From the NCBI GenBank assembly GCA_965219995.1, contig CBDCOX010000002.1, positions 4,480,001-4,544,000 of the forward strand: a stretch of DNA of 64,000 nt, written 5' to 3'. The notes under the pieces are model-generated. The model was not told where the DNA came from. It saw only the letters and a list, made by a program, of their open reading frames with translations, and did not search any database. Shown here one piece after another: positions 48,415 through 58,100 of this stretch; the stretch's first letter is position 1; each line of letters opens with the position of its first letter. The position numbers were made by a program, and so were the translations under genes. This DNA comes from Candidatus Latescibacterota bacterium (lineage in GTDB: Bacteria > Latescibacterota > UBA2968 > GCA-2709665).

Positions 48415-50403
48415 ATGCACGACGTGGCTACCGTTGCAGATCAGATCTCCGGGTCTGTACCCGACGTCCGCCTCGCGGAGTCCCGGCATGTACACACGCC
48501 ATGGACCCTGGCCAACTACGCTACCCTGAAGGCATGGAAAGCCCGCGCCGAACGGATACGCCGGCAGCTCCTCGTTGTCACGGGCTTATACCCGGTGCCT
48601 GAGAAGAGTCCCCTCAATCCACGCGTGTTCGGGCGCCTGGAACGCGCGGGCTACGCGGTGGAGAAGGTCTACTTCGAGTCTCTACCCGGTTTTCTGGTAT
48701 GTGGCAACCTCTATAGCCCGTTGGGTCCGGGACCCCACCCGGGCGTAGCCTGCCCGCACGGCCACTGTCGCCGCGGTCGCCTTGAGAACGACGACGCTGC
48801 ATTCGGTTCCATTCCGGGACGCTGCATCAACCTGGCCCGCCAGGGGCATGTTGTCTTTTCGTACGACATGGCGGGGTATAACGACAGCAGCCAGATCGAG
48901 CATCGGGAATTCGGCGGACGTACCGAAGACCTCTGGGGAATCGGCGTCCTGGGCCTGCAGCTGTGGAACAGCATCCGCGTCATCGACTTCCTTCAGTCCC
49001 TTCCTTGCGTGGACCCGGACCGGATCGGCTGCACCGGCGCGTCGGGGGGCGGGACGCAGACGTTTTTGCTTGCCGCCGTGGACGATCGGGTCAGGGTGGC
49101 GGCGCCGGTGAATATGATCTCGGCCCACATGCAGGGCGGATGCAACTGCGAGAACCAGGCCCATCTCCGCCTGGACGTCAACAACGTGGAGATCGCGGCA
49201 GCGATGGCGCCGCGCCCGCTCTTTCTCGTTTCCGCATCCGGCGACTGGACATGCAACACACCCGAACTCGAGTATCCCGCAATCCGGGCGATCTACAGCC
49301 TGTACGGCGCCGCCGACAGAATCGACACGGCGCAGGTTGACGCGGGACACAACTATAACCGAGAAAGCCGCGAGTACGTCTACAGGTGGTTCGGGAGGTG
49401 GCTGCTCGGCAGGGACGAACCGTTCAGGGAACGTCCCTTTACAGTGGAACGGGACGAGGATCTGCTGGTTTTCCACAAACGGAAGCGGCCCGCACGCGCA
49501 CTGGACTCGAAAGGGCTCACGAATTTCCTGATCGCCCGGTCCGAGTCGCGCGTGAAAGATGCGCTGCCCGATAGCCCGGCCTCCCTGCGCCGGTTCAAGG
49601 AGCGGATGGTGCCGGCATTCAGGCACGCGCTCGCCGCCACGTACCCGGCGGCGACTGTTGCGAGAGACATGGGGCGGACCAGGAGCCGCCGGCACGTCGT
49701 CCAGCGGCTGCTGATTGGCCGGCCGGACGGCGGGGACCGGTTTCCGGCCCGGCTGTTTCTGTCGCGAAACGGCGAGGAAAGGTCGCCGTGCGCGCTACTG
49801 GTGCACCCGCGGGGCAACGACGCGCTCTCCGACCCCCAAAGCGGAGCGCCCGGCCCCGCGGTAGCCGATCTGCTCCATCGCGGCTTGCGGGTCCTGACCA
49901 TCAGCCCGTTCCTGGTTGGGTCGTGTCTTACAAATACAGGGCAACGAGACGCGACAGTGCCGCACTTCGACACCTACAATTCCAGCGATGCATCCTGCCG
50001 AATCCAGGACATTCTCACGGCCCTGGCCTTTCTGCAGTCCCGCGCCGACGTCACGACTTGCCACCTGGCGGGCATCGGCGCAGCCGGGCTCTGGTGTCTG
50101 TTCGCTCTCGCGCTGGCGCCTGACATCGGCCGCACCATCATCGACGCCAACCGGTTCCGGGCCGGCAGCGACGCGCACTGGGCCGAACATCTCTACATTC
50201 CCGCCATTCGAGCAATCGGCGACCTTCGCACGGCCGGCGCGCTGATCGCCCCCGCGCCGCTCTACGTTCACAATGCGGGCACCGACTTCCCCGCAGGCGA
50301 GATTCGCGCGTGCTACCGTGCCGCGGGGGCCCCTTCCGACCTGACCGTTTCACGCACGCGTATCAACCGCGCCGCGTTGTACGATTGGCTCACGGATACA
50401 TAA
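48415..50403 (+). CDS. Alpha/beta hydrolase (acetylxylan esterase-like), two-domain
   Basis: GCTGASGGGTQT nucleophile elbow, GCNCEN, APRPL, GHNY; ATG 48415 with GAGGAG RBS. Confidence 0.85.
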   Translation: MHDVATVADQISGSVPDVRLAESRHVHTPWTLANYATLKAWKARAERIRRQLLVVTGLYPVPEKSPLNPRVFGRLERAGYAVEKVYFESLPGFLVCGNLYSPLGPGPHPGVACPHGHCRRGRLENDDAAFGSIPGRCINLARQGHVVFSYDMAGYNDSSQIEHREFGGRTEDLWGIGVLGLQLWNSIRVIDFLQSLPCVDPDRIGCTGASGGGTQTFLLAAVDDRVRVAAPVNMISAHMQGGCNCENQAHLRLDVNNVEIAAAMAPRPLFLVSASGDWTCNTPELEYPAIRAIYSLYGAADRIDTAQVDAGHNYNRESREYVYRWFGRWLLGRDEPFRERPFTVERDEDLLVFHKRKRPARALDSKGLTNFLIARSESRVKDALPDSPASLRRFKERMVPAFRHALAATYPAATVARDMGRTRSRRHVVQRLLIGRPDGGDRFPARLFLSRNGEERSPCALLVHPRGNDALSDPQSGAPGPAVADLLHRGLRVLTISPFLVGSCLTNTGQRDATVPHFDTYNSSDASCRIQDILTALAFLQSRADVTTCHLAGIGAAGLWCLFALALAPDIGRTIIDANRFRAGSDAHWAEHLYIPAIRAIGDLRTAGALIAPAPLYVHNAGTDFPAGEIRACYRAAGAPSDLTVSRTRINRAALYDWLTDT

Positions 50404-50428
50404 CAATGACTCAGTCCCGGATGCCAGA

Positions 50429-51739
50429 ATGAAGATCGCCCACATTTCCGACTTTCACCTCCGCCATCATCTGCCCGGCACCTCGAACATATCCAGGCGG
50501 CTGAGCCGGCATATGCCGGACCTGATATCGCAGGCAGTGGAACGCATTCGCGCGGAATCTCCGGACCTCACGGTCGTAACCGGCGATCTTGTCGACCACC
50601 CCTTTTACGGGATGCACGACCGCGAGCTGATCACCCTCGGGGTTAAGGACCTCCGTCTCGTCCGGGAATGTTTCGCGGCGCTGACCTGTCCGGTCGCGTT
50701 CCTGTACGGCAACCACGACCATCCCGGATCCTTTCACCGGGTCTACGGCGACCTGCCCGCGGAGTTCGAGGTTGCCGGCCATCGCGTCCTGATCTTTTTC
50801 GACGACGAAGTGGACGACCACTTTCCCCAGCGGATGGGTGCGCAGCGCGAACGGTTTCTCGCCGCGCTGAACGACGACGACCCGCGGCCTCAGATCCATC
50901 TCCAGCACTATCTCGTCGCGCCCGTCCGCGTGCGCGGCTATCCTCACGCGTACCGGGAGGCCGAAAGCCTCAAGGCCGCCCTTGTGGCGGACAGCAGGGT
51001 CCGCCTCGTGCTTTGCGGGCACTATCACAAGGGAGACACCCTGTTCAACGAAGGCCACGTGTACTTCGGCAATGCGCCTGCGTTCGGGGAGCCCCCACAT
51101 CCGTTTCGCATCTACAATGTAGACGACGCGGGCGTCACGCAGACCGAATTCCATCTCCGCCCGACAAACGCGCCAAAGCGCCGTGCGGTGTTCCTCGACC
51201 GGGACGGCACGATCAACCCGCAACCGGCCTATCGTACCGGTCCCGAGGAATTCAGCCTGCTGCCCGGCGCCGCGGGAGCACTATCGAAATTGAAGCGCGC
51301 CGGATATATCCTCGTGGTCGTCTCGAACCAGACCGCCGTCGGCCAGGGTTACGTGACCACCGAAACTGTCGGCGCCGTCAATGATCGCATGGCATCGCTG
51401 CTTTGGGTATCGGGCGTGGAACTGGATGGCGTCTACTGCCGCTATCACAGCCCGGGCGCGGTATTGCCGGAACATCGGACCGATCAGCCGGAAACCAAGC
51501 CCAGCCCCGCGATGCTCTATGCCGCCGCCGAAGACCTGAATCTCGACCTTGCCACTTCTTTCATGGTGGGCGACCGGAAGAGCGACGTGGACGCCGGGCG
51601 AAACGCCGGCTGCCGCGCGTCCATCCTGGTGAAGACGGGTGGCGGTCCGGAGGCGCTGGCAAAGATGCCGCCCGGACAAGCAGCATTCGCGGCCGCCGAC
51701 CTCGCCGCCGCCGCGGACTGGATCCTGGAGCAGAGATGA
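50429..51739 (+). CDS. Calcineurin-like metallophosphoesterase fused to HAD-IIIA (GmhB/HisB-like) phosphatase
   Basis: HISDFH, TGDLV, GNHD, GHYH; then FLDRDGTIN, VSNQ, KPSP, MVGDRKSD. Confidence 0.9.
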   Translation: MKIAHISDFHLRHHLPGTSNISRRLSRHMPDLISQAVERIRAESPDLTVVTGDLVDHPFYGMHDRELITLGVKDLRLVRECFAALTCPVAFLYGNHDHPGSFHRVYGDLPAEFEVAGHRVLIFFDDEVDDHFPQRMGAQRERFLAALNDDDPRPQIHLQHYLVAPVRVRGYPHAYREAESLKAALVADSRVRLVLCGHYHKGDTLFNEGHVYFGNAPAFGEPPHPFRIYNVDDAGVTQTEFHLRPTNAPKRRAVFLDRDGTINPQPAYRTGPEEFSLLPGAAGALSKLKRAGYILVVVSNQTAVGQGYVTTETVGAVNDRMASLLWVSGVELDGVYCRYHSPGAVLPEHRTDQPETKPSPAMLYAAAEDLNLDLATSFMVGDRKSDVDAGRNAGCRASILVKTGGGPEALAKMPPGQAAFAAADLAAAADWILEQR

Positions 51740-52362
51740 TGGCAGGATTCCGCGCCCGATCGCTATCTCTGGTTCTGATCCCGGCGGCCGCGGTGGCCGG
51801 GATCGTCGCCGTCGTCCTCACCGGGTATGCGCGGGAACTGGACCGCCTTATCGGCGACGGGCCGGAACGCGCCGCGACTGCCGGTCTCCCGCCCATCCTG
51901 CACAGGGTCGCGGACTCGCTGTCCACAGGCGACCTGGCAGGTCTACTCGCGCGGCAATTCGTTCCCCCGGGTCGATCGGATCTTTCAAGTGGATTCAAAC
52001 GGACCTGTTACGCCCTTCTGATGGCCCGGAAATACGAAAAAGAAAGCCTGCTGGCATTCTTTTTCGACCGGACTCCCTTCCCTTTTCCTCGAAAAACCCC
52101 CGTGCCGGGCTTCGAGGGAGCCGCCCGGGCTTACTTCGGCGTACCTCCGGCCCGGATGACCGCGGGCGAAGCCGTACTGCTGTTTCATCTTGCCCACTTT
52201 CCCGATGCGCCGGTGCCGGTAACCGACCCGGCACGCGCCATCGAACTCCGTAACCGCCTCCTGCTTGATCTCCTGAACGGCGGACTGATTTCCCGGGCAC
52301 GATACGTTTCCGAATCTGCCCGTCCGCTCATCCTGTCCGGCAGCCACCCCGCCGTGTGGTGA
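51736..52362 (+). CDS. Degenerate peptidoglycan transglycosylase (GT51)-like membrane protein
   Basis: N-terminal TM; GFEGAARAYFG...MTAGEAVLL resembles the GT51 C-terminal motifs; the catalytic EDxxF motif is absent; ATGA overlap with the upstream gene. Confidence 0.6.
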   Translation: MMAGFRARSLSLVLIPAAAVAGIVAVVLTGYARELDRLIGDGPERAATAGLPPILHRVADSLSTGDLAGLLARQFVPPGRSDLSSGFKRTCYALLMARKYEKESLLAFFFDRTPFPFPRKTPVPGFEGAARAYFGVPPARMTAGEAVLLFHLAHFPDAPVPVTDPARAIELRNRLLLDLLNGGLISRARYVSESARPLILSGSHPAVW

Positions 52363-52421
52363 CGGGCCGGACGGGTAGAGAATCCGGCCACATCGCGGTC
52401 CCTCCGCCGGGTTGCATGGAC

Positions 52422-52510
52422 AAAAAAAAACCGGGCCTCTATCCGATTCTCAGCCTGCCGGGAGGGAGATGCAGGCAGAGCGCGTGACAGAGGCCCGCGT
52501 CCTGAATCAC
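52422..52510 (-). ncRNA. Candidate small RNA with C-rich (anti-SD-like) loop
   Basis: Promoter TTGACT (52544-52539)-17 nt-TATATATT; long hairpin with loop AUCUCCCUCCCG closed by a U9 terminator; no ORF between promoter and terminator. Confidence 0.6.
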
Positions 52511-52780
52511 GATAATATATATCCGATTTAACACGCCGAGTCAATACCCTCTCCTCACTTTTTCGCGACTGCCGGCTGTTTTCGAAATTGGCTGTGATCT
52601 TTGTTGAGAATTATCACGAAAAACTCACAATATTGATGGAACTTCCCGTATATTATTGCTGCGCTGAGGATTTTTGATTGATCCGGAACCCGCTAAACAC
52701 CGGGATCACGTATCGAGATTCCCGCCGGGGCTGATGGAATGGCGTGGTACCCAAAAGTGACAACAGTAACGGGGTACGGC

Positions 52781-55700
52781 ATGCGCAATACATTCATCAA
52801 ATGGAAAATGTCGTTGCCATTTCTGGCGCTCTTTGCGATGCTTTGCGGACACCCGGCGTCCGTCGCCGGTCAGGAAGCGATTGAGGAAGCAGACCACCAG
52901 ACATGGCATCTGCCCGACGGCGCGACCGCGCGCCTGGGTAAAGGCGTGATCGGATTCGGGGAACGCGAGCTGGACGTTTCTCCCGACGGGCGAACGCTGG
53001 CCGTTGCGTGCGGCATCGGCGTCTGGTTGTACGATGAGACCACGGCCCGAACGCTGGCGCTGCTGCCGAGTTCCGCCCGCGTCGCTTCGGTGTCGTTTTC
53101 ACCGGATGGGAGCACATTGGCCACCGTGTCGGAGGATGGCACGGTACTGCTCTGGGACGTGGCCGCTCGATCGGAGACAGCGACCCTCGATGGGCATTCG
53201 GGCAAAGTCAACGCGGCGCTGTTTTCGCCGACAGGGGACACCCTGGCCACCACAGCAGAAGACGGCACGGTGTTCTTGTGGGACGCGGCTTCCGGAACAC
53301 AGTCGGGTACACTCGAAGGGCATACGGATATTGTCACATCGATCGAGTATTCGCCGGACGGCGGCACGCTTGCCACCGCATCGGAGGATGGCTCGGTGCT
53401 GCTGTGGGACGTGACCGCGCAGACCCCGGCCGACACGCTCGAGGGGTTTGTGGATTTCGTCACGTCGCTGTCATTTTCGCGTGACGGCGGTACCCTTGCT
53501 ACCGCGTCGGGCGACAGCGCGGTGATCCTGTGGAACCTCGTCTCGCAGACGGAGTCAGACACTCTCAAGGGCAATACCGGTGGCATCACGGTTGTCGCGT
53601 TTTCTCCGGATGCGGACACATTGGCCACCGCGTCGGAGGATGGCGCTGTGATGCTGTGGAACATCGTCAAACGACGAGTGGTCGAGACGTTCGCGGGACA
53701 TACGGACAGAGTCACCTCGTTGGTGTTCTCGAAGGACGGCGGCACATTCGCCACCGGATCGGCGGACGGCACGGTGCGGTTCTGGGACGCGGCGACAGGA
53801 TATTTCGTCGCATTCGGCGGACATAAATCCGCGATCACGTCGATCGCATTTTCTCCCGGTGGCGACACGCTGGCCGCCGGTTCGGCGAGCGGAGCGGTAG
53901 ACCTTTGGGACGTGGGCGATCGAATGCAGTTCGGTATCCTCGCAGGGCACAGCGGAAGCGTCACCTCGCTGGTGTATGCCCCTGATGGCGACACCCTGGC
54001 GACAGCGTCGCAGGACAGTACAGTCGTTCTTTGGTACATGGCCACCCGGACGGCGGCCTCCGCTTTCGACGGGCATGGGGATGGCGTTCGTTCGGCAGCG
54101 TACTCGCCGGATGGGACCATGCTGGCAACCGCGTCGGGCGACGGCGCCGTATTACTTTGGGAAGGCGCCACGCGACGCGTGGCCGCGACCCTGAACGGGG
54201 GTGCGGATGGTGTCACGTCGGTGGTGTTTTCGCCGGAAGGCGACGCGCTGGCCGCGGGGTCGGCGAATGGCACGGTCATTATATGGGACGTGGCCACCCG
54301 GTCACGCGTGGCCGCGCTCGATGGGCATACGGGGAGTGTCAACACGGTCGTGTTTTCGCCCGACGGGAGCACGGTGGTCTCCGGTTCAAACGACAATACG
54401 ATCAAAGTATGGGACGTGGCAACGCATTCGCAGCTGGCCACCCTGCAAGGTCATACGGGCGGGGTTGGTTCCCTCGATTTTTCATCGGACGGCAGCCGGC
54501 TGGTTTCCGGGTCGAACGACAACTCGATCAAGCTTTGGGACGTGAGCGCGCGAACCGAAGTCGCGACGCTGGCGGGGCATACTGCCAACGTCAATTCGGT
54601 TGTATTTTCGTCGGACCGGGTCACGTTGGCTTCCGGGTCGGACGACGGTACCTTGCTGTTGTGGGACCTGTCTGCGTGGCCGGGTCTACGGCCGCTCTCC
54701 CTGGAGATTGTCTCCGGCGACGGACAGGAGGGCGCGCCTGGCGGAACGCTTGCCGACCCTCTTGTCGTGGAAGTGAAAGACCATAATGGCGATCCTCTGC
54801 CCGATGTCGCCGTGACATATACGGTCAACGCCGGACAGGGGCGGCTCAGTGGCCGATTTTCAGTCCAGCAGATTCGGACGGATGCGGACGGCCGCGCATC
54901 CGTGGCACTGACGCTTGGGACGCGGGTGGGCGCAAACACCGTCACGGTAAGTCTCGGCGGTCGTGAATTGGCAACCTTTTCCGCGGACGGAGCGGGGACC
55001 TTGCCCGTTGTAATGGACGGAGACCCCCGCATATGGCGATTGCCTAAGAGGGCGACGGCGCGTCTGGGCAGAGGAACCATTGCCCGGGGCGACCGCGCAC
55101 TGGCCCTGTCGAGAGATGGAAAAACTCTGGCCGTGGCAAGCGGCGTAGGGGTGTGGCTTTATGACGTGGACAGGTCCCGCGACGCCGCACTGCTTTCAGG
55201 ACTCCAGCCAGTACTTTCGGTGGCGTTTTCAAGGTCCGGTAACCTTGCGGCGGGTTTGGCGAACGGCGATGTCGAACTCTGGAATCCCGGCACGGGCGGA
55301 CGCATTGCGACGCTTGAGCGAAGTGCGGAGCCGATCGTATCGGTGGCATTTTCCGATGACGGGGCCATACTCGCCTCGGGTGCCGAAGACGGCACTGTCA
55401 GGCTTTGGGACGTGGACGCGCAAACCGGGGTCGCCACCTTCCGTGCGCACTCAGGCAGCGTGACGTCCGTGGCATTTTCTTCCGCCGGGGCCACACTGGC
55501 TACCTGCTCGGCGGACGGTACGGTCAAACTGTGGGACGTCGACGCCCGACCCGAGGCCGGCACGCTGGAAGGGCACGCGGACGGGGTCCATTCGGTGGCA
55601 TTCTCGGGAGACGGAAGCACCCTTGCGGCCGGGCTGGCGGACGGTACGGTCAAGCTGTGGGACGTCGACACCCGAACCGAGGCCGGCACGCTGGAAGGGC

Positions 55701-57016
55701 ACGCGGACGGGGTCCATTCGGTTGCGTTTTCGGACGGCGGGAGCACACTGGCCACCGGCTCGGCGGACGGCACGGTCAAACTGTGGGACGTCGAGACGCA
55801 AGAACTGAAGGACACCCTGAGAGGTCACGGGGCCATGGTCCATTCTGTAGCGTTCACACGCAGCGGTTCAATCCTTGCCTCAGGATCGGCGGACGGATCG
55901 GTCATCATTCGAGACGTGGCGATGGGCAATGCCGCCAGGGTATACGGATACAGTTCTCTGTCGTCAATGACCGTTTCGCCCGATGGCGGCACGCTGGCCA
56001 CAGGTTCCCGTGACAACCGCGTGATGCTGTGGGACGTGCCGACGCGAACGGCGGTCGCGACACTGGCGGAGCATACCGATTGGGTCCGCTCATTGGCGTT
56101 TTCGCCGGACGGGAGCAGGTTGGCATCCGGGTCGAGCGATCAATCGATCAGGCTGTGGGACGTGGCCATGGAAGCCGCGACCGCCGCGCTTGACGGACGC
56201 AGCTGGGTCTATTCGCTGGCAATCTCCCCGGATGGCAGCACGCTTGCCGCCGGACTGCGAAATGGTACGGCGACGCTGTGGAATCTGGCGACACGTGCCC
56301 AGGTCGCAATCCTCGACGGCCATGAGCCCACGGGCGGCGTCGGCTCGGTGGCGTTTTCGCCCGACGGGAGCACGCTGGCCTCGGGGTCGAGCGACCACAC
56401 GATCAAGCTGTGGGACGTGGGTTCGCGAACCGAGACCGCCACGCTGGAAGGACACAGCGGCTGGGTGTATTCGGTCGCCTTTTCGGAGGATGGGAGCACC
56501 CTGGTGTCGGGGTCGCAGGACGGCACGGTGCGATTATGGGAGGTGGCCGCGCGAACGGAGATTGCCACGCTGGAAGGACACAGCGGCTGGGTGTATTCGG
56601 TCGCCTTTTCGGAGGATGGGAGCACCCTGGCGTCGGGGTCGCAGGACGGCACGGTGCGATTATGGGACGTGGCCGCGCGAACCGAGACCGCCATGCTGGA
56701 AGGACACAGCGACTGGGTCTATTCTGTGGCGTTCCTGGATGACGCGGGCAAGCTGGTGTCCGGATCGAGAGACGGCACAATGTTGTTGTGGGACCTCTCA
56801 GAGACGGAACCGCCGCCGGTGGAGCCCCCGAAGGCTCCCGCGGCGGACTTCAACGATGACGGCTCGGTGGGCTTTGCCGACTTCGTGTTGTTCGCGCAAC
56901 ACTTCGGATTGCGGGCGGGCGATACGGGATACGACGTGAAGTACGATCTGGATGAAGACGGCGCGATCGGCTTCAGCGACTTTGTGAAGTTTGCCGGCGC
57001 CTTCGGACAGGGTTAA
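52781..57016 (+). CDS. Secreted multi-WD40 beta-propeller protein with Ig-like (Big-1) linker and C-terminal EF-hand/dockerin-like pair
   Basis: Signal peptide; more than 25 GH...VAFSPDG..LA.GS.DG.V.LWD repeats in two modules, each starting WxLP..ATARLG; IVSGDGQ...LVVEVKD Ig domain; DFNDDGSVGFADF / DLDEDGAIGFSDF. Confidence 0.93.
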   Translation: MRNTFIKWKMSLPFLALFAMLCGHPASVAGQEAIEEADHQTWHLPDGATARLGKGVIGFGERELDVSPDGRTLAVACGIGVWLYDETTARTLALLPSSARVASVSFSPDGSTLATVSEDGTVLLWDVAARSETATLDGHSGKVNAALFSPTGDTLATTAEDGTVFLWDAASGTQSGTLEGHTDIVTSIEYSPDGGTLATASEDGSVLLWDVTAQTPADTLEGFVDFVTSLSFSRDGGTLATASGDSAVILWNLVSQTESDTLKGNTGGITVVAFSPDADTLATASEDGAVMLWNIVKRRVVETFAGHTDRVTSLVFSKDGGTFATGSADGTVRFWDAATGYFVAFGGHKSAITSIAFSPGGDTLAAGSASGAVDLWDVGDRMQFGILAGHSGSVTSLVYAPDGDTLATASQDSTVVLWYMATRTAASAFDGHGDGVRSAAYSPDGTMLATASGDGAVLLWEGATRRVAATLNGGADGVTSVVFSPEGDALAAGSANGTVIIWDVATRSRVAALDGHTGSVNTVVFSPDGSTVVSGSNDNTIKVWDVATHSQLATLQGHTGGVGSLDFSSDGSRLVSGSNDNSIKLWDVSARTEVATLAGHTANVNSVVFSSDRVTLASGSDDGTLLLWDLSAWPGLRPLSLEIVSGDGQEGAPGGTLADPLVVEVKDHNGDPLPDVAVTYTVNAGQGRLSGRFSVQQIRTDADGRASVALTLGTRVGANTVTVSLGGRELATFSADGAGTLPVVMDGDPRIWRLPKRATARLGRGTIARGDRALALSRDGKTLAVASGVGVWLYDVDRSRDAALLSGLQPVLSVAFSRSGNLAAGLANGDVELWNPGTGGRIATLERSAEPIVSVAFSDDGAILASGAEDGTVRLWDVDAQTGVATFRAHSGSVTSVAFSSAGATLATCSADGTVKLWDVDARPEAGTLEGHADGVHSVAFSGDGSTLAAGLADGTVKLWDVDTRTEAGTLEGHADGVHSVAFSDGGSTLATGSADGTVKLWDVETQELKDTLRGHGAMVHSVAFTRSGSILASGSADGSVIIRDVAMGNAARVYGYSSLSSMTVSPDGGTLATGSRDNRVMLWDVPTRTAVATLAEHTDWVRSLAFSPDGSRLASGSSDQSIRLWDVAMEAATAALDGRSWVYSLAISPDGSTLAAGLRNGTATLWNLATRAQVAILDGHEPTGGVGSVAFSPDGSTLASGSSDHTIKLWDVGSRTETATLEGHSGWVYSVAFSEDGSTLVSGSQDGTVRLWEVAARTEIATLEGHSGWVYSVAFSEDGSTLASGSQDGTVRLWDVAARTETAMLEGHSDWVYSVAFLDDAGKLVSGSRDGTMLLWDLSETEPPPVEPPKAPAADFNDDGSVGFADFVLFAQHFGLRAGDTGYDVKYDLDEDGAIGFSDFVKFAGAFGQG

Positions 57017-57107
57017 GCCATGGCCGGGGCGCCAGGCCCCCGCGATGGAAACGGCTGAGTTCAAGCCGCGTACGGGATGGCGGGATTCGGTGAGCCTGGA
57101 AGTGAAA

Positions 57108-57896
57108 CTATCGGACGATCTTGATTCGGACCACGTTCTTGACGTTCGCGCACCGGTCGTCGGTCTCGGGAATGAGCAGGCGGATCGGGCCGCCCAGGCG
57201 TTCGGGGAGGGGATGGCCTCCGATGCGGTAGACGAGGATGCCTTTTTCGACCGCCGCGTCGAGGGAGACTCGCGCAAAGAACCCTTCGTCGGCCGAATGA
57301 AAGACGACATCGGGTTCATCAACGCCTGATGCCGCGCCTCTCAGAAGCGCGGCAACGGAAACCGCGGACCCGCGCCGCCCCGGAACTAATCGGCCGACGT
57401 CATCGATCTGCTCGGGGATCCGCAGCAGGTCACCGTACGTGAAAACCATCGGCCCGGGCAGGCATCCCTCTACTGTCAGCAACGGCGCGGTTTCGTCACT
57501 GTCCAGGCCCGATGTTGTCCGGTCGATGTAGTCATGTGCGATTTCGACCAGCCTCGGGTCGAAGCCGACGGAAGGCGCGACGTGGATTTCAGTTCCCGGA
57601 TGGTCCTTGCAAAACCTGTCCATGCGCTGCCGGATCAGACTCAGTTCCTGCTCGGCCGCCTGAAACTGGAACGGCAGGACCGTGACCCGCGCCGCGCCGC
57701 GTTCAACGCACGCCTCCAGCACGTCTTCCAGGGCCGGATGTCCTTCCAGAACGCCGGCCTCAACCGCAACGCCCCTGTGCCGCAGCGCGTCGGCGACCAG
57801 AGTGAGGCAGTTGTCATCCGCGCGCTGCCCGACCAGTACCGTGGCGTGAGTCAACGGACTGTCTCCATCGTTAGACGGTATCTTCAAGCATTGCAC
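57108..57896 (-). CDS. CbiX/SirB chelatase-like domain fused to a molybdopterin-oxidoreductase-like domain
   Basis: N-half LEGHPALEDVL...VTVLPF...VGFDPRL (CbiX-like); C-half PLPERLGGPIRLLIP...NVKNVVRI (Oxidored_molyb-like). Confidence 0.65.
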   Translation of the reverse strand: MQCLKIPSNDGDSPLTHATVLVGQRADDNCLTLVADALRHRGVAVEAGVLEGHPALEDVLEACVERGAARVTVLPFQFQAAEQELSLIRQRMDRFCKDHPGTEIHVAPSVGFDPRLVEIAHDYIDRTTSGLDSDETAPLLTVEGCLPGPMVFTYGDLLRIPEQIDDVGRLVPGRRGSAVSVAALLRGAASGVDEPDVVFHSADEGFFARVSLDAAVEKGILVYRIGGHPLPERLGGPIRLLIPETDDRCANVKNVVRIKIVR

Positions 57897-57965
57897 TGAT
57901 GATCCCCGGCGCGGGACCCGCGACGTCCTTGTCCCGTTGCTGACCGCACAACCGGATCCTGCGCG

Positions 57966-58100
57966 ATGACCTTCTTCGACGATCTACCAGTTCTCATCCG
58001 CATTGTTCTTTTGATTTCCTCGGCGTTGATCCTTATCGTCGGCGCCGGTCTGTTCTGGCGGATGGTGAAATCCCTGCTCGGAAGGCAGGACCGCGGCTGA
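57966..58100 (+). CDS. Small single-TM protein (44 aa), below the ORF-track cutoff
   Basis: Reads MTFFDDLPVLIRIVLLISSALILIVGAGLFWRMVKSLLGRQDRG*; no clear RBS. Confidence 0.5.
   Translation: MTFFDDLPVLIRIVLLISSALILIVGAGLFWRMVKSLLGRQDRG

Noticed and set aside
52900-56800. Regular ~126-bp periodicity resembling a repeat array
   Set aside because: It is coding WD40 repeats; there are no repeat-spacer units or cas genes, so it is not CRISPR.
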